Sequence record: PZ445517.1
Source of the DNA: a phage
Length of the DNA stretch: 64,000 nucleotides
Strand: one strand, 5' to 3'
In this document: positions 61,473-64,000 of the stretch, one piece after another
How the letters are laid out: every line of letters starts with the position of its first letter
Numbering within the stretch: position 1 is the first letter of the stretch
The notes under the pieces: generated by a model
What the model saw: the letters and a program-made list of their open reading frames with translations, nothing else
What the model was told of the DNA's origin: nothing
Database searches by the model: none
Translations under genes and position numbers: made by a program

Positions 61473-61499
61473 GGGAGCCCATGGGCTCCCTTTTTCTTT
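61473..61499 (+). terminator. rho-independent terminator after gene 8
   Basis: GGGAGCCC-ATG-GGCTCCC hairpin followed by TTTTTCTTT. Confidence 0.6.
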
Positions 61500-61506
61500 A
61501 TAAATA
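61499..61506 (+). promoter_or_regulatory. late promoter TATAAATA for gene 9
   Basis: Exact TATAAATA 24 nt upstream of ATG 61531 with AAGGAAA SD. Confidence 0.6.
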
Positions 61507-61530
61507 CTATAAACTCATAAGGAAACCGCT

Positions 61531-62397
61531 ATGTTCATTCAAGAACCAAAGAAATTGATTGATACCGGCGAAATTGGTAACGCTTCTACTGGTGATATCT
61601 TATTCGACGGTGGTAATAAAATTAATAGTGATTTTAACGCAATTTATAACGCGTTTGGCGATCAGCGTAAAATGGCAGTAGCAAATGGCACTGGTGCTGA
61701 CGGCCAAATTATCCATGCTACTGGATATTATCAAAAGCATTCTATCACAGAGTACGCAACTCCAGTAAAAGTTGGCACTAGACATGATATTGATACCTCT
61801 ACTGTAGGTGTTAAAGTTATCATTGAAAGAGGAGAACTCGGTGACTGTGTTGAATTCATTAATTCTAACGGATCGATATCAGTTACTAATCCTTTAACAA
61901 TTCAAGCCATTGATTCAATTAAAGGTGTTTCGGGTAATTTGGTAGTAACTAGCCCATATAGTAAAGTTACTTTACGTTGTATTTCATCTGATAATTCTAC
62001 GTCAGTTTGGAATTATTCTATTGAAAGTATGTTTGGCCAAAAAGAATCACCGGCCGAAGGTACATGGAATATTTCTACATCTGGGTCAGTTGACATTCCA
62101 TTGTTTCATCGTACTGAATATAACATGGCTAAATTGTTAGTTACATGCCAATCAGTAGATGGAAGAAAAATTAAAACGGCAGAAATAAATATTCTTGTAG
62201 ATACTGTTAATTCAGCGGTCATTTCTTCTGAATATGCTGTCATGCGAGTTGGGAATGAAACCGAAGAAGACGAAATCGCTAATATTGCATTTAGTATTAA
62301 AGAAAATTATGTAACAGCGACTATAAGTTCTTCAACTGTCGGTATGAGAGCAGCAGTTAAAGTTATCGCTACGCAGAAAATCGGGGTGGCTCAATAA
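61531..62397 (+). CDS. 9: baseplate wedge / tail fibre socket protein gp9
   Basis: 288 aa, T4 gp9 length. Confidence 0.92.
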   Translation: MFIQEPKKLIDTGEIGNASTGDILFDGGNKINSDFNAIYNAFGDQRKMAVANGTGADGQIIHATGYYQKHSITEYATPVKVGTRHDIDTSTVGVKVIIERGELGDCVEFINSNGSISVTNPLTIQAIDSIKGVSGNLVVTSPYSKVTLRCISSDNSTSVWNYSIESMFGQKESPAEGTWNISTSGSVDIPLFHRTEYNMAKLLVTCQSVDGRKIKTAEINILVDTVNSAVISSEYAVMRVGNETEEDEIANIAFSIKENYVTATISSSTVGMRAAVKVIATQKIGVAQ

Positions 62398-64000
62398 TGA
62401 AACAAAATATTAATATCGGTAATGTTGTTGATGATGGTACCGGTGACTACCTGCGTAAAGGTGGTATAAAAATAAATGAAAACTTTGATGAACTTTATTA
62501 TGAACTTGGTGATGGAGATGTTCCATATTCAGCCGGTGCCTGGAAAACTTATAATGCTTCATCTGGACAAACACTAACGGCAGAATGGGGAAAATCATAT
62601 GCCATTAATACTTCGTCTGGAAGAGTAACTCTACAACTTCCTAAAGGAACTGTTAATGATTACAACAAGGTAATTAGAGCTAGAGACGTATTCGCTACAT
62701 GGAACATCAATCCAGTTACTTTAGTAGCTGCTTCTGGAGATACAATTAAAGGGTCGTCATCATCGGTTGAAATTAATGTTCAATTTAGTGATTTAGAGTT
62801 AGTTTATTGCGCTCCAGGACGTTGGGAATATGTCAAAAACAAACAAATTGACAAAATTGTTAGTTCAGATATTAGTAATGTAGCTCGCAAAGAATTTTTA
62901 GTTGAAGTTCAAGGACAAACTGACTTTTTAGATGTTTTCAATGGAACTAGTTATAATGTCAATAACATCAGAGTAAAACATCGTGGTAACGAATTGTATT
63001 ACGGCGATGTATTTAGCGAAAACAGTGACTTTGGCTCTCCGGGCGAAAATGAAGGCGAATTAGTTCCTCTTGATGGATTTAATATTAGGCTAAGACAGCC
63101 ATGTAATATTGGTGACACCGTTCAAATTGAAACATTTATGGATGGTGTATCACAATGGAGAAGTTCATATACAAGACGCCAAATAAAAGTACTAGATTCA
63201 AAACTAACATCAAAGACTTCATTAGAAGGAAGTATTTACGTTACTGATTTATCAACGATGAAATCAATTCCATTTTCCGCTTTTGGATTAATTCCTGGTG
63301 AACCTATTAATCCTAATTCTCTTGAAGTTCGTTTTAATGGAATTTTACAGCAACAAGCTGGAACAGCTGGATATCCTCTGTTTTTGTGTGAAGGCGCTAA
63401 TTCAGATACGCAAGAAGGATGTATATCTCTTGGCGGCGAATGGAAAGAATCAAACACGGATTATTCTATAGAATATGAAGACGGAAAACCTATCAGTCTT
63501 TTATTTGATAGAAAATTTGAATCCGGCGACATTATCGTTATAACATGGTTCAATAACGATTTAGGAACTCTTTTAGAAAAAGATGACATTATTGAATTAA
63601 CAGATGACCGTTATGTTAGCAAAGGATCATCTACTGAAGTTACTGGTGATGTGGCCTTAACAGATTTTGATAAAATCGGTTGGCCAAATGTTGAAAAAGT
63701 TGATTCTTATACTAGAACGTATAATTCAATATCATCTATTTTCGACAGCATTTATCCTGTTGGTTCAATTTATGAAAATGCTATAAATCCAAATAATCCG
63801 GCGACTTATATGGGATTTGGTTCATGGAAATTATTTGGTAAAGGACGAGTTTTAGTAGGATGGAATGATGATGTTACGGATCCAAACTTTGCTTTAAACA
63901 ATAATGATTTAGATTCTAGCGGAAATCCTTCACATACTGCCGGTGGAACAGTTGGAACAACAACAGTGACACTTGAGAATGCAAATCTTCCTGCGACTAA
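62397..64000 (+). CDS. 10: baseplate wedge / short tail fibre attachment protein gp10, N-terminal part (runs off window end)
   Basis: ATG 62397-62399 overlapping gene 9 stop; open to window edge; position after gene 9. Confidence 0.85.
   Translation, partial: MKQNINIGNVVDDGTGDYLRKGGIKINENFDELYYELGDGDVPYSAGAWKTYNASSGQTLTAEWGKSYAINTSSGRVTLQLPKGTVNDYNKVIRARDVFATWNINPVTLVAASGDTIKGSSSSVEINVQFSDLELVYCAPGRWEYVKNKQIDKIVSSDISNVARKEFLVEVQGQTDFLDVFNGTSYNVNNIRVKHRGNELYYGDVFSENSDFGSPGENEGELVPLDGFNIRLRQPCNIGDTVQIETFMDGVSQWRSSYTRRQIKVLDSKLTSKTSLEGSIYVTDLSTMKSIPFSAFGLIPGEPINPNSLEVRFNGILQQQAGTAGYPLFLCEGANSDTQEGCISLGGEWKESNTDYSIEYEDGKPISLLFDRKFESGDIIVITWFNNDLGTLLEKDDIIELTDDRYVSKGSSTEVTGDVALTDFDKIGWPNVEKVDSYTRTYNSISSIFDSIYPVGSIYENAINPNNPATYMGFGSWKLFGKGRVLVGWNDDVTDPNFALNNNDLDSSGNPSHTAGGTVGTTTVTLENANLPAT

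Overview
This window is a contiguous segment of a T4-like (T-even) coliphage genome, running from the 5' part of gene 42 to the start of gene 10. Identification rests on recognisable proteins at T4 lengths and in T4 order: DNA polymerase gp43 (898 aa), RegA, clamp loader gp62/gp44, clamp gp45, RpbA, gp46/gp47, alpha-glucosyltransferase, gp55, NrdH/NrdG/NrdD, endonuclease VII, NrdC thioredoxin, rI, thymidine kinase, RegB, internal proteins with the MKTYQEF capsid-targeting leader, lysozyme e (near-identical to T4 lysozyme), NudE, 57B/57A, gp1/3/2/4 and baseplate genes 53/5/5.4/6/7/8/9/10. Almost everything from 1 to 52212 is on the minus strand; the baseplate block from 52260 is on the plus strand. 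It is not T4 itself: nrdD is an uninterrupted 605-codon ORF with no intron, the tRNA set differs from T4's, and the internal-protein locus carries different cassettes. Features that stand out are four HNH-type endonuclease genes (one on the opposite strand between rpbA/45.2 and gene 46, one mobC-like between nrdD and nrdG, two flanking the tRNA cluster), an 8-tRNA cluster, about 14 T4-type early promoters (GTTTAC -35, TGGTAyTAT -10) embedded in repeated promoter/stem-loop cassettes, many UUCG-type hairpins, and two genes that appear split by frameshifts. The accessory region between nrdC and tk holds a four-member paralog family, an AAA+ ATPase next to a nucleotidyltransferase-fold protein, and a macrodomain protein lies between tk and vs. 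All calls are from reading the sequence and ORF translations against remembered T4 biology; no database search or computation was run. I found no single clear-cut novel system; the candidates below are ranked by how much they deserve follow-up.
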